Source: Chrysemys picta bellii (lineage: Eukaryota). From it: a DNA stretch of 64,000 bases. Every line of letters begins with the position of its first letter. Position 1 is the first letter of the stretch. Below the pieces are notes generated by a model, which saw nothing but the letters and a program-made list of their open reading frames with translations, had not been told where the DNA came from and made no database searches. The stretch is taken from contig NC_088807.1 in the NCBI RefSeq assembly GCF_011386835.1, positions 21,576,001-21,640,000 of the forward strand, written 5' to 3'. Shown piece after piece: positions 10,401 through 21,600 of the stretch. The translations under genes and the position numbers were made by a program.

Positions 10401-11174
10401 GTCCAAACTCAGCTTCTCCAGGCCGGGCGCGGCGCGGAAGGAACCGGCCGCCAGCCGGCTCATGTTGTTGCGGGTCAGGTTGAGCGAGCGCAGGCCGGGC
10501 AGGGAGCAGCGGGCGAGATCCAGCCAGGCGATGCTGTTGTTCCGCAGGTTGAGGTCCCGCAGGAAAGGCATGGAGAGCAGGCCGGGGCCAGGGCACGGGG
10601 CGGAGATCCGGTTGGAGTCCAGGTCGAGGATGGAGAGGTTGGCCAATTTCCCGGCGGCCGTGGCCACCTCCTGGAGCCGGGAGAGCTGGTTGTGGGGCAG
10701 GTGGAGCTCCTGCAGGCCGGGCTGGGCCGCCAGGGCGGTGGGGTGGAGGGCGGCCAGGGCGTTGCCCCCCAGAAGCAGCACCCGCAGGCCCGTCAGCTCC
10801 GCCAGCGCCGTGGGGCCCAGGGCCGCCAGCCGGTTCTGACTGAGGTCCAGCAGCTCCAGCTCCCGCAGGCCCCGGAAGGCGCCGGTCTGCAGGGCGCGGA
10901 TGCGGTTGCGGTCGAGCCGCAGCTCCCGCAGGCGGGGCAGGTGGGCGAAGGTGGCGGGCGCCAGGCCCTGCAGGGCGTTCTGGGAGGCGTTGAGCCAGAG
11001 GGTGGAGTTGGGCAGCGGGGCGATGGCCGGGCCCAGCTGGGTGATGCCGCGCCCAGCGCAACTGGCGTAGCCTGGCAGCTCGTTCGGCAGCAGGCACCAG
11101 GTGAAGCCGAAGGCGCCGGCATAGCGGGCACAGGTGGCGGCTGCAAGGAGCCAGAGGGGCAGGGCCAGGGGCAT
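7426..11174 (-). CDS. Toll-like receptor, TLR11 family (TLR13-like; TLR13/21/22 group), 948 aa, 2 coding exons
   Basis: Exon 11174-8491 encodes a signal peptide, FGFTWC LRRNT, many LxxLxLxxN LRRs, LRRCT (GNPLACSCENAWF...YLC), a transmembrane segment and most of the TIR domain. Intron 8490-7589 is phase 2 (TAC CG|GTGAG...CCCCGCAG|C CTC). Exon 7588-7426 encodes LSPYHRLRKLVKQRSYLHWPEQPEAQDVFWTQLREAL...VVE*. The IPSYRLSPYHRLRKL motif is closest, from memory, to TLR13 IPNYKLSSYHRLRKL. Confidence 0.93.
7660..8450 (+). repeat. ~50-bp minisatellite (cacagccagcaccaccccctgctccccacagcacccccgggagcgcccc) filling the TLR TIR intron
   Basis: About 15 degenerate copies seen directly; source of several long low-complexity ORFs. 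Confidence 0.9.
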
Positions 11175-11250
11175 GGCGGGGGGGTGTGTGGGTGTGCTGG
11201 TCTGTGTGTGTGCTGTTCCCTGCTAGTTGTGTGTGTGCGTGTGGGTCTGG

Positions 11251-11267
11251 CACTGCCCCCTGCTGGC
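11251..11267 (-). promoter_or_regulatory. CTCF-consensus motif (GCCAGCAGGGGGCAGTG) just upstream of the TLR ATG
   Basis: Identical to 7301-7317. Confidence 0.55.
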
Positions 11268-11686
11268 ACAGCTCAGAACACGCCCTGCTTACATCCCCTA
11301 CCCCACCCACTGACCCCTGCACGCAGTGACCTCCACCCACTCCCGGCAATGAGTGACCTGGGGCGGGGCGTCTAGCTACATCCCGCCCTCTCACCGTGAT
11401 TGACAGCTCGCCCACTCCCCAATCCGATGGCAGGTGCCTTAAAAGAGCCTCAGTTTCCCGCTCCCGGCTGGGGCTGAGCTGAGCTGAGCGGCCCGGCACA
11501 GAGACACTGCAACGAGAATGTAAATTGCACTCCGGTCACTAGTGGTTAGAGCTGGGGGGGCGGGGAGCCCGGACTCCTGGGTTCTCTCCCCAGCTCTGGG
11601 AGAGCAGTGGGGCTAGTGGTTAGAGGGGGGCTGGACAGCTAACAGCAACTGTCGGTGACCTCCCGGGGCCAGACCTCATTTCTCTG

Positions 11687-11727
11687 CTTCACTTCCCCTT
11701 CGGCAAAGCCGGGCTAAGGAAGTTTCC
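11687..11727 (-). promoter_or_regulatory. Candidate TLR promoter elements: PU.1/IRF composite-like GGGGAAGTGAAG and kB-like GGAAGTTTCC
   Basis: Motif matches 510-550 bp upstream of the TLR ATG; motif-only evidence. Confidence 0.35.
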
Positions 11728-11789
11728 TCTGCAGCCCGGAGGTCTGTGGAATCAGAGCTAATGATCGGAAAGGGCTTAAATCCGGGCTA

Positions 11790-12060
11790 AGCAGGGGCAG
11801 TGTTGGCACCGGCCCCAGGGCAGGGACTGGCTGGCTCAAGGGTGGGGAATGGGGCCCGGGGCCTCTCCCCTCTAGGGGGCACCGGCTCCCACCCAGCCCC
11901 AGGGCAGGGACTGGCTGGCTCAAGGGTGGGGAATGGGGCCCGGGGCCTCTCCCCTCTAGGGGGTGCCGGCTCCCACCAGGCCCCAGAGCAGGGACTGGCT
12001 GGCTCAGGGGGGCAGGGAATGGGGCCCGGGGCCTCTCCCCTCTAGGGGGCGCCGGGTCCC
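11790..12060 (+). repeat. ~80-86-bp repeat (ccagccccagggcagggactggctggctca...cccctctagggggcgccgg) carrying a CTCF-like core
   Basis: Three tandem copies. Others at 4590-4700, 18790-18849, 19510-19765 (three copies, opposite strand), 41120-41270 and 43570-43690. Confidence 0.8.
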
Positions 12061-12660
12061 ACCTGGCAGCAGGTGCCCTACATCGTTTCTATGCATGCCG
12101 AGTTTGTTGGGCCTCAGCCCTGCTCCCAGGTGCCCCTAGGGCATGATTCCCCCCCCCCACACACACACACACACACACACACCCCCACCGGGAGAGAGGC
12201 CAAGGTCCGCATGGGCCTTTGATACAGAGCCCCTTGTGCCCCTGGGGAAGGACTAGGGGGAGCTATGGACTGGGGGGAAGGGGTCTATGGGGGGGGCGGG
12301 GTAGATAATAGCTGTCTCTTGGAGGGGGGGCTGTCTTTGGATGCAGTTGTGGCCCCTAGTGGCAGGAAATTGCAGCTTCTGCCTCCCCCCTCCCCCCCAC
12401 TCTTTGCTCCACCTTTCTTGTGGTAGAGCGAATGAAACCATCTCCGGGAAGTGGGACCCCCCCGCCAGCACCCCAGGGGACAGTGAGTCTCGGGGGGGCT
12501 CTCAGCTGAGGGATGGGCTCCCCAGGGACCTTCATGGTCTGGTTTGGAGCTGTCCCATCCTTGCCCACGGCGGAGGGGGGAGGCGATTGGGGGCAGCTGG
12601 GGGCCTGCAGCAAGTGCATGGGGGCAGGGGTATGTCTATGTGACCAGACCCCCAACTTGG

Positions 12661-13330
12661 CTGGTGCCCCTCACTCCCGACCCGCAGCCCCCTGCTAGCC
12701 CAGCCCTGGGCTCCCCACAGCCCTGCCGGTGCCCCTCACTCCCGACCCGCAGCCCCTGCCAGCCCAGCCCTGGGCTCCCCCCAGCCCTGCCGGTGCCCCT
12801 CACTCCCCACCCGCAGCCCCCTCCTAGCCCAGCCCTGGCCCCCCCATCCCTGCCAATGCCCCTCACTCCCGACCCGCAGCCCCCTGGTAGCCCAGCCCTG
12901 GGCCCCCCATCCCTGCCAATGCCCCTCACTCCCGACCCGCAGCCCCCTGCTAGCCCAGCCCTGGGCTCCCCACAGCCCTGCCGGTGCCCCTCACTCCCGA
13001 CCCACAGCCCCCTGCTAGCCCAGCCCTGCCCCCTCCAGCTCTGCCGGTGCCCCTCACTCCCGACCCACAGCCCCCTGCTAGCCCAGCCCTGCCCCCTCCA
13101 GCTCTGCCAGTGCCCCTCACTCCCGACCCGCAGCCCCCTGCTAGCCCAGCCCTGGGGCCCCCCAGCTCTGCCGGTGCCCCTCACTCCCGACCCGCAGCCC
13201 CCTGCTAGCCCAGCCCTGGGCCCCCCCCAGCTCTGCCGGTGCCCCTCACTCCCGACCCGCAGCCCCCTGCTAGCCCAGCCCTGGGCCCCTCCCAGCCCTG
13301 CCCGTGCCCCTCACTCCCGACCCACAGCCC
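12661..13330 (+). repeat. ~60-bp minisatellite (ccctgccggtgcccctcactcccgacccgcagcccctgctagcccagc...)
   Basis: About 11 copies; same family as 13997-14800 and 25176-25483. Confidence 0.92.
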
Positions 13331-13522
13331 CCGTTAGCCCAGCGCTCGCTCTCACCTGCTACCTCAGAGCTCAGACTTTGGCACCATCCGTCCCCATCTC
13401 CTGGGATGAGTCAAAACTTGTCCCCTGGGCGTTACTGGCGCCACTTCCTCATTGTGCAACACGGCGACGCCGTCGGAAACCTGCTGCGGAAATTACAGCA
13501 CCCGGGTCAATGCGCAGGGTGT

Positions 13523-13682
13523 GCACCAGGGGGCGCCCTCCCCCACAGGGGTCATTGACCCCCACTGAGCCCCCCGCCGAGCCCCCCACAGCCCAGCGCC
13601 CCCTAGCGGCGCGCTGGGGCATTGGGGCAGCCCTGCCTGCTGGGGAGCTGCAGTGGCAGGGGGCGGGCAGCAGGGGGCAGTG
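13523..13682. promoter_or_regulatory. Cluster of three to four CTCF-consensus motifs in a unique island between two minisatellite arrays
   Basis: GCACCAGGGGGCGCC (+, 13523-13537), GCCGCTAGGGGGCGCTG (-, 13594-13610), GCAGCAGGGGGCAGTG (+, 13667-13682), and a weaker TGGCAGGGGGCGG at ~13654. Confidence 0.55.
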
Positions 13683-13996
13683 TGACCCCAGGCTGAGCCG
13701 GAGAAGATCCAACCCCGGGCTGTGAGATTGCTGGGGCGGGGGAGACGCTGGCCGCGGTCCCATGTGAACAGGGAGCCCAGAGCACCATGGACGTGCCTGG
13801 GAGCCCAGCCAGCCCTGGGGGGGAGCTGCGGCTAACGCCCCGGGGGGGGGGGGGAGAAGGGGTCACGCAGACCTGGGGGTGGGGCGGGCGCCAGGAATCC
13901 GGGGAAGTGGAGGCTGCAGTAGACACGTCTTTGCGTCTGGAACCGGGTCTGGGAACCCAGAGAGTGGAGATGGGGGAAGAGAGGGTGAGGGCAGAG

Positions 13997-14800
13997 CCCT
14001 GCCCGTGCCCCTCACTCCCGACCCGCAGCCCCTGCTAGCCCAGCTCTGCCCCCCCAGCCCTGCCGGTGCCCCTCACTCCCGACCCGCAGCCCCTGCTAGC
14101 CCAGCTCTGCCCCCCCCAGCCCTGCCCGTGCCCCTCACTCCCGACCCGCAGCCCCTGCTAGCCCAGCTCTGCCCCCCCCAGCCCTGCCCGTGCCCCTCAC
14201 TCCCGACCCGCAGCCCCTGCTAGCCCAGCTCTGCCCCCCCAGCCCTGCCGGTGCCCCTCACTCCCGACCCGCAGCCCCTGCCCCCCCAGCCCTGCCCGTG
14301 CCCCTCACTCCCGACCCACAGCCCCTGCTAGCCCAGCTCTGCCCCCCCCCAGCCCTGCCCGTGCCCCTCACTCCCGACCCGCAGCCCCTGCCCCCCCAGC
14401 CCTGCCGGTACCCCTCACTCCCGACCCGCAGCCCCTGCTAGCCCAGCTCTGCCCCCAGCTCTGCCGGTGCCCCTCACTCCCGACCCGCAGCCCCTGCTAG
14501 CCCAGCTCTGCCCCCCCCCAGCCCTGCCGGTGCCCCTCACTCCCGACCCGCAGCCCCTGCTAGCCCAGCTCTGCCCCCCCCCAGCCCTGCCGGTGCCCCT
14601 CACTCCCGACCCGCAGCCCCTGCTAGCCCAGCCCTGCCCCCCCAGCCCTGCCGGTGCCCCTCACTCCCGACCCGCAGCCCCTGCTAGCCCAGCTCTGCCC
14701 CCAGCTCTGCCGGTGCCCCTCACTCCCGACCCGCAGCCCCTGCTAGCCCAGCTTTGCCCCCCCCCCAGCCCTGCCCGTGCCCCTCACTCCCGACTCGCAG
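13997..14800 (+). repeat. ~57-60-bp minisatellite, same family as 12661-13330
   Basis: About 14 near-identical copies. Confidence 0.92.
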
Positions 14801-14879
14801 TCCCCATTGCACATCTAAGACTGTTATATTACAATGACTGTTCATATTTGGCTACTGACCTTAGTACTTAGAAGGGAGA

Positions 14880-15680
14880 GTGCCCCCCACCCCGCAGCCC
14901 AGCACCCCCCGCCGCCCCGCTCCCCGCAGCCCAGCACCCCCCGCCGGGCCCCCACCCCGCTTCCCCCAGCCCGGCGCCCCCTGCCGAGCCCCGCAGCCCA
15001 GCGCCCTCTAGCGCCCCCTGCCGAGCCCTGACAGCCAGGGGAGGGCGCCCCTGTAAGACCAGTCCCCGGGTCCATTCATCGGGCTGGTTCCAGCTGAGAC
15101 AACACGTTCCGTCGGGGGGGGGGGGGTTAGTCTCTCTCTTTAAATATGTAAATGAGCCAAAGAGGCCACGCCCATTTCACGCTAAACTGACCCAGATTGG
15201 GAGGGGCGGGGCGGTCGCGGGCGACTCCTGATTGGCTGGAAAGTTTCTTTTCAGGCTGGAGTTTTGGCAGGACCTTTTTGTGTCTGTCTCTTTCACTGGG
15301 TCCTTCCTTCCCCCCCCCCCCCGCACCCCGCCCCCCCAGCGCACCCCTCCCCGAACCTCCCATAACCCCTCCCTCGCAGCACCCCGCCCCCAGAACCCCC
15401 CCCCTCCGCAGCTCCTTCTCCCCCTCCTGGAATCCCCCCGCTTTCTGCGCCCCCACATCCCTCCCCATAAGCTCTGACCCCCAACCCCCACCCACCCCCT
15501 CTTTCCCCAGCTCCCCCAACCCCGCTCCCCTGCCCCCTCCCTTCCTGCCCCCCCAACTCCGCCCTCCCACCCGCTGGTGCTGCCGACCCCGCCCTCCGCC
15601 CCTTCCCTCCCCCCCCAGCCCTCCGGTCCCTGCCTCGGGGCTCGCTGCGTCCCAGCTCCGGCCGGTCCCCGGCGCCAGCA
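14880..15680 (+). promoter_or_regulatory. CpG-rich promoter/5'UTR of the BAIAP2-like gene with CCAAT and GC boxes
   Basis: Two GATTGG (inverted CCAAT) elements at ~15195 and ~15230 flank GGGAGGGGCGGGGCGG; CpG-dense up to the ATG at 15680. Confidence 0.6.
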
Positions 15681-18600
15681 TGTCCCGCTCCGACGAGGTC
15701 AACCGGCTCACGGAGAGTGTCTATAGGGTGAGCCCCGCCGGCTCCCCCCCCCCCGCCATTCTCCCCCCCCCCGCCGGTCTCTTCCCTGTTCCCCCCTCCG
15801 GCTCCCCCGCGCCGGTCCCTTCCCTACCCCCCCGGCCGGCTCCCACCCCCCGCCGGTCCCTTCCTTGCCCCCCCCCCGCCTCCTTCTATGCCCCCCCTCC
15901 GACCCCCCTTGCCTGCGCAGTTGGCCCCGGCCGCGCTTCCCGCCCCCCCCCCCCCCCGCTCCCTCCATCTCTCTCGCCCGGAGCTTTTCTCGGTTTCCCC
16001 CGCTGGAGTCCGGAGCCCCTTTGTTAGCCTGGCAGGGAAGAGTTTGGGGAAGTGTTTTGGGGAGGGGGGGTGACGGTGGAGGGTGCATATGGGGGGCTGG
16101 GTTCTGATCTCAGCGCCCCCCGGGGTCAATCCGGAGTCACCCCTGATTGCAGCGGGGCCAGGTTCTGACCTCAGCCCCCCCCGGGGTCAATCCGGAGTCA
16201 CCCCTGATTACAGCGGGGTCAGGTTCTGACCTCAGCCCCCCAGCTCCATCCCAAGGCTTTTCACTGTGGAGATCAGGATTCCCCCTGGGGTTTTGACCCG
16301 TTCCTGTTCGGCAGGGAAGGAAAGGGGAAAACGAACCCACAAACGCTGGGGCGAGGGAGAGGGTCGGGGGGGTGGTTTCCTGCCCATGTCACTGGCTGGT
16401 TTATTTGGTGTCCACGGGGAGCATCAGGCGCTGGGGTCTCGGCTCCCTTCTATCCATCCAGCCATCCTCCCACACACCCTTCCATCCCCAGCTGCACCCC
16501 TCCATCCCCAATCTAATCGCTCCGTCCTCCCCCCAGTTATGCCAGCCACGGCTCTGGCCCTGGGACCCCTCCTTGCCTCCCCCTCCATGCAGCCCCCAGG
16601 ATGGGATCTGATGCCCAAAGGGCTGGTGTGCTGAGCACTGTGGGAGGGGCTGCACCTTGTGTGGCTCCTGTCCCAGCTGACCAGGAGCCTGGGGGATTAG
16701 ATGGGGGGGGGGGCGCTGCAATTTCTGGCTGGATCAGATTCTTTCAAAAGGCTAATTCGTTCCCGGGGAAACGGCCTGTGGGAGCTGAGAGAAATCGGGC
16801 TGGGCTCCAGACGCCTCTTGGATCCGCTCCCCCCCCCCCCCAGCCTGGGGGCCAGGAAACAGCCCCTGCTCAGGGCCCCCCCGCTACACCCCCTCTGGCT
16901 CCAGTGTTTCCATGAGGCGGATCAGTCCATCTGTCTGTCCTCATCCCTCCGTCTACATGTCTAGCGATAGCTACATGTCCTCGTTTGTTATTGTAGGGCC
17001 TACGTAGGCTGCTTTGCCATTGTAGGGTTGCTTGGGAACCCAGGAGTCCTGGCTCCCAGCCCCCCCAATCACTAGACTCCCTTCCCCTCCCAGAGCCAGG
17101 GAGAAAACCCAGGAGTCCTGGCTCCCCCTCCCCCACGGGGACAGTCTTTGCGCCCGACCCGCTGTCCCCAAAGCCATCGGGCTGAGCCGACTGATCCGGG
17201 CTGAGCCGGCGCTGGGCTCCCGTGTGTCGGGCGGGGAAGGGCTGGCAGCCGGCCGCAGCCCAGCGCCCAGGGCCTCCGCTCCAGCCAGGCGCCCTCCTGC
17301 TGGGGCAGCCAGGCCGGGCCTGGCACTGATATGCCCTCAGCCGGCCCCGTCTGCCACCTGCTGGGGATTAGGGGCGCCAGAGCCCCGGGGCTCAGTATAG
17401 TGTCTGTCCTTCCCCTCTCCGTCCCTCCCTCCCCCCCACCCACCATCATCTGTCCATCCATCTTCACACCCCCCACCCCTCTGTCCATCCGTCCCCCTGC
17501 CCCTCTGTCCATCCGTACGTCCACCCCCCACCCCTCTATCCAGCTGTCCGTCCATCTTCACACCCCCCACCCCTCTGTCCGTCTGTCCCCCCACCCCTCT
17601 GTCCATCCATACGTCCACCCCCCACCCCTCTATCCAGCTGTCCGTCCATCCCTCCCCCCCACCCCCCATCAGCTGTCCATCCATCTTCACACACCCCCAT
17701 CTGTCCGTCCGTCCCCCCACCCCTCTGTCCATCCGTACGTCCACCCCCCACCCCTCTAGCCATCCATCCCCGCACACCTCCTCATTTCTCCCTCTCTCCG
17801 TCCATCCACCTGTCTGTCCATCCCCATACTCATCCCCTCCACCCACTGCTCTGTCTGACCATCCCCATATGTGCTCCATCCATCCGTCCGTCCATCCCCA
17901 TTCCCATCCATCCTGCTCCACACACTCCCTGGATCCGTCCCTCGCTCCCCCTTCTAGCACCCCAGTCACCCCTCCAAGTGTCACTTTGCTTAGGAATAAA
18001 ATGTCTTGGTGTCCTACAATGTAAATCTTCAAAAACAAGGAGTCTGGTGGCACCTTAAAGACTAACCGATTTATTTGGGCAGAAGCTTTCGTGTGTGAAA
18101 AACCCACTTCTTCAAATGCAAATGCGATGTAAATCCTGCCACCCCCAACCCAGGATACCCAGCCCCTGTGCCCCACCACAGAGGGGTCGCATCCTGGTGT
18201 CGGGTGAGGGGTCCCTGTAAACCCAGCCCACGCACCCCACCCTAGAGGGACTGCATCCCGGCACCAGCCAATGGGTTCGTGTATATCCAACCCCCGTGCC
18301 CCACCCCAGAGGGGCCATGTCCCAGCACGGGGCAAGGGGTCCCCGTATACCCAGCCCCTGCACCCCACCCAAGAGGGGCCATGTCCCAGTGCCGGGCGAG
18401 GGGTCCCCGTATACCCAGCCCCCCGCCCCACCCCAGAGGGGCCGGGTCCCAGCATGGGGCGAGGGATATACCCTGCGCCCCACCCCAGAGGGGCTTCGTC
18501 CCAGTGCTAGGCGAGGGGTCACTGGATAACCAGCCCCCTGCCCCAACCCTCCTGGTATCCGCCCTCCCCTTGTGCCCCCCCATGGTATCCTGTCCCCCCT

Positions 18601-21600
18601 GTCCCAGGGGGGTTGGGGCCCCGTCCCAGCGCCGGGTGACAGCACGAGCACTGTGGAGCTGTGATCACCCCCCTGTTTGGTGCAGGTGATTCTGGACCAG
18701 TTCAACCCCGGCCTGAGGAGTTTTGTCACGATGGGGAAGAGTTACCAACGAGCACTCTCAGGTAAACCGTGATTTCCCCACGGACCCCCCAGCCCATCCC
18801 AGCCCTGGGGCCGGATGGGAGCCAGCGCCCCCTAGAGGGGAAAGGCCCCTGTCACGGAGTCCCCGGGCGATGCTCTGGAACTGCTCCCCACAAAGCCAGT
18901 CAGGACTTTGGGGAGCCTCCTCTCCCTCGGAGCAGACTGTCTTCAGGGCAAGAAGCTCACACGGCTTCACCCTCCTGGGTCTCTCCCGGAGCATTCAGCA
19001 TATGCCCCTCCGTGTGCTTCCCACAGCGAGTCCGCCCAGGTGGGGTCCTGGGGAAGCCAGAGGGTCCTGCACCCCCACTTCGCAGTCAGACGTGACTCTC
19101 AGCCAGCCAGTAACACAGAGGTTTATTAGATGACAGGGACATGGTCTAAAACAGAGTTTGTAGGTACAGCGGCGAACGGGACCCCTCGGCCGGGTCCATT
19201 CTGGGGCCCAGCGAGCCAGACACCCACGTCTGCACTCACTCCTAGTCCCCAGCCAGCTCCAAACTGACACCACTTCCAGCCCCTCCTTCTCTGCTGAGTT
19301 CCTGTCCCAGGCCAGGAGGTCACCGGCTCTCTTTGTTCACCTTTAGCTATTCCCTTGCAGGGGGGAAGGGCCCCAGCCATTTGTTGCCACGATACAGAGT
19401 GTCGGCCATTTATGCACACTGGAGACTTAAGAAATGCATAGGGGAAACTGAGGCACCCACACAGTATTCAGAGGAAACATTAAGAACAGTCCCACTTGCG
19501 TCTCAGCCCCGTGCCCCATTTCCCACCCCCCTGAGCCAGCCAGTCCCTGCCCTGGGGCCGGATGGGAGCCGGCGCCCCCTAGAGGGGAAAGGCCCCATGT
19601 CCCATTCCCTGCCCCCCTGAGCCAGCCAGTCCCTGCCCTGGGGCCGGATGGGAGCCGGCGCCCCCTAGAGGGGAAAGGCCCCATGTCCCATTCCCTGCCC
19701 CCCTGAGCCAGCCAGTCCCTGCCCTGGGGCCGGATGGGAGCCGGCGCCCCCTAGAGGGGAAAGGCCCTGTGTCAATCACTCCCTCCTGTGCTCTCTCTCC
19801 CGGCAGGGGTGACCGTAGCGGCCAAGGGTTATTTCGACGCCCTGGTGAAGCTGGGGGAATTGGCCAGCGACAGCCAAGGGTCCAAGGAACTGGGTAGGTG
19901 ATGCCTGGGACAGAGGGCTGGGTGCGGGGAGGGGGCTGGGCCGTCTGCTCGAGGGCAGATCCACGGGCCCATCTACCCCGGTATCCTGCCTCCTCCCTGC
20001 CCCCGGATCAGAGCTATGGGCCCAGGGCCCCTGGCATCCCACCCCCCACCCCACCCCCCAGATCTCCGTGCTGGGGGGTTCCTGCTGCAGGAAGATGTTG
20101 TTTTCCTGCTGGAAGCCAGGATTTCCTCCCATCTCCACTCCCCCATCCGGGGCTGGGCCGGCCTTGGACTGTGTGGGGGCAGGGGAGTGTATCCGTGTCC
20201 TGAGAATTCCCCCCTCCCCCCCACCCCGCCACTACCATAGCTCAAGGCCCAGCCGTCCCCCTTCGCCTTGCCTAGCAACCCCCACCCCCAGGTTCCAGCT
20301 TTAACCCTTCACGGCCTGGGGGGCCAGCTCCCCCCCCACACTCTGCTGCCAGGGCCTAAATGTCCCCTCCCCCAGGGTGTGACCTGCCTGGGGGGTGGGA
20401 AGGGGGAGTTGAGAGGCTGGGGGGGCTCAAAGAGGCGGTGAGGGTGGAGTGAGGGGGGCTGAAGGGGGGATTGTGTCCCTCTGCCTCTGGGGGAGGGGGC
20501 CATGGTGCACATTGGGGTTGTGTGCATGTGGGGCGGTGCATGCAGGGGTGATGAACCGGGGTGGGGGAGTGTAGCAGGTGGTGGGTGTCTGGGAATTTGG
20601 AGAGGGGATTGTGGGTGTGCAAATTGTGGCAGGTGTGTGCAGGTTGTGGGAGGGGTGTGTGTGTGGGGGGTGTGCAGATGGTGGGAACCGGAAGGTGGGT
20701 GTGCGCAGACGGGCAGAGTGCGAGTTGTAGGGCAGTGTGGGGGTGACCGCGGGGAGCCCCCACATTGTGTGACCGGCTGTGGGGGGGAGCCGGCCCCGCT
20801 CGCCAAGGCTAACGTGATAGTGCCGGGCGTGTGCGGGCGATGTGTGTTAACGGGTGGGGGGCCCTGCTCACACGCGTGTGGGAAAGGTGAGCCTGGCCCC
20901 GGGTGAGGGGGGCAGATGGGACCAGGGGATTATGGGATAGATTAACGCCCCCCCCACACACACACCTGTCGTTTCCCCGTCCCCCAGGGGACACCCTGTT
21001 CCAGATGGCCGAGGTGCATCGCCAGATCCAGGTGCAGCTGGAGGAAACGGTGAGTATCTCCCCCCCCCCCCGGCATCACGTTATCCCTCCCCCCCCCGGG
21101 TTACCCTCCCCAGCCCCCAGCTAGCTCCCCACCTCCCCAAAGCCCTGGGGCGCCTCCCACCCGCCCTCGCTGCCTTCTCAGCCCCCCCCACAGGACCCCC
21201 CCACACACACACCCAGAACTGCTCATTCACGGAGAACAGTTGGGGGGGGGGACCCTGGGTTCTTAGCAGGGGGGCGGGATGGGATACCATGGGGGGCACA
21301 AGGGGAGAGGGGATACCGGGAGGTTGGGGTGACATGAGGGGGGGATATCATGGGGGAGATGTACTGGGGGGGGAGGGGATCCCTTGTTCACTGTCCCCCT
21401 CTCGCCCCCCTACTCTGTTCCCCCCCCCCCCGTAGCTGAAGCTTTTCCACTCGGAGCTGCTGGCCCAGCTGGAGCAGAAATTGGAGCTGGATGTGAAGTA
21501 CCTGCTGGTGAGAGGCCCCCGTGCGGTTCCCTCCAGCCCTGTGGGGGGGCCCCGGTCCGGTGCCTGCTGCCCCCCTGCACCCACCAGCGCCCCTGCACCC

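Noticed and set aside
7301-11267. TLR as a retrocopy flanked by a 17-bp target-site duplication
   Set aside because: The poly(A) signal lies outside the downstream 17-mer and there is no poly-A remnant; the CTCF-motif interpretation is more economical.
7393-11499. Long overlapping ORFs (7704-9893 +, 9853-11499 -, 10212-11375 +, 8629-9711 -, 7393-8463 +)
   Set aside because: Shadow frames of a very GC-rich TLR CDS and its intronic minisatellite; no recognisable domains.
13778-13798. RE1/NRSE-like sequence cagagcaccatggacgtgcct near neuronal genes
   Set aside because: Mismatches at key positions (CAGCACC and GGACAG not both intact); too weak to call.
12544-14871. Pro-rich ORFs (393, 182, 134 aa etc.)
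   Set aside because: Translations of the ~60-bp minisatellite.
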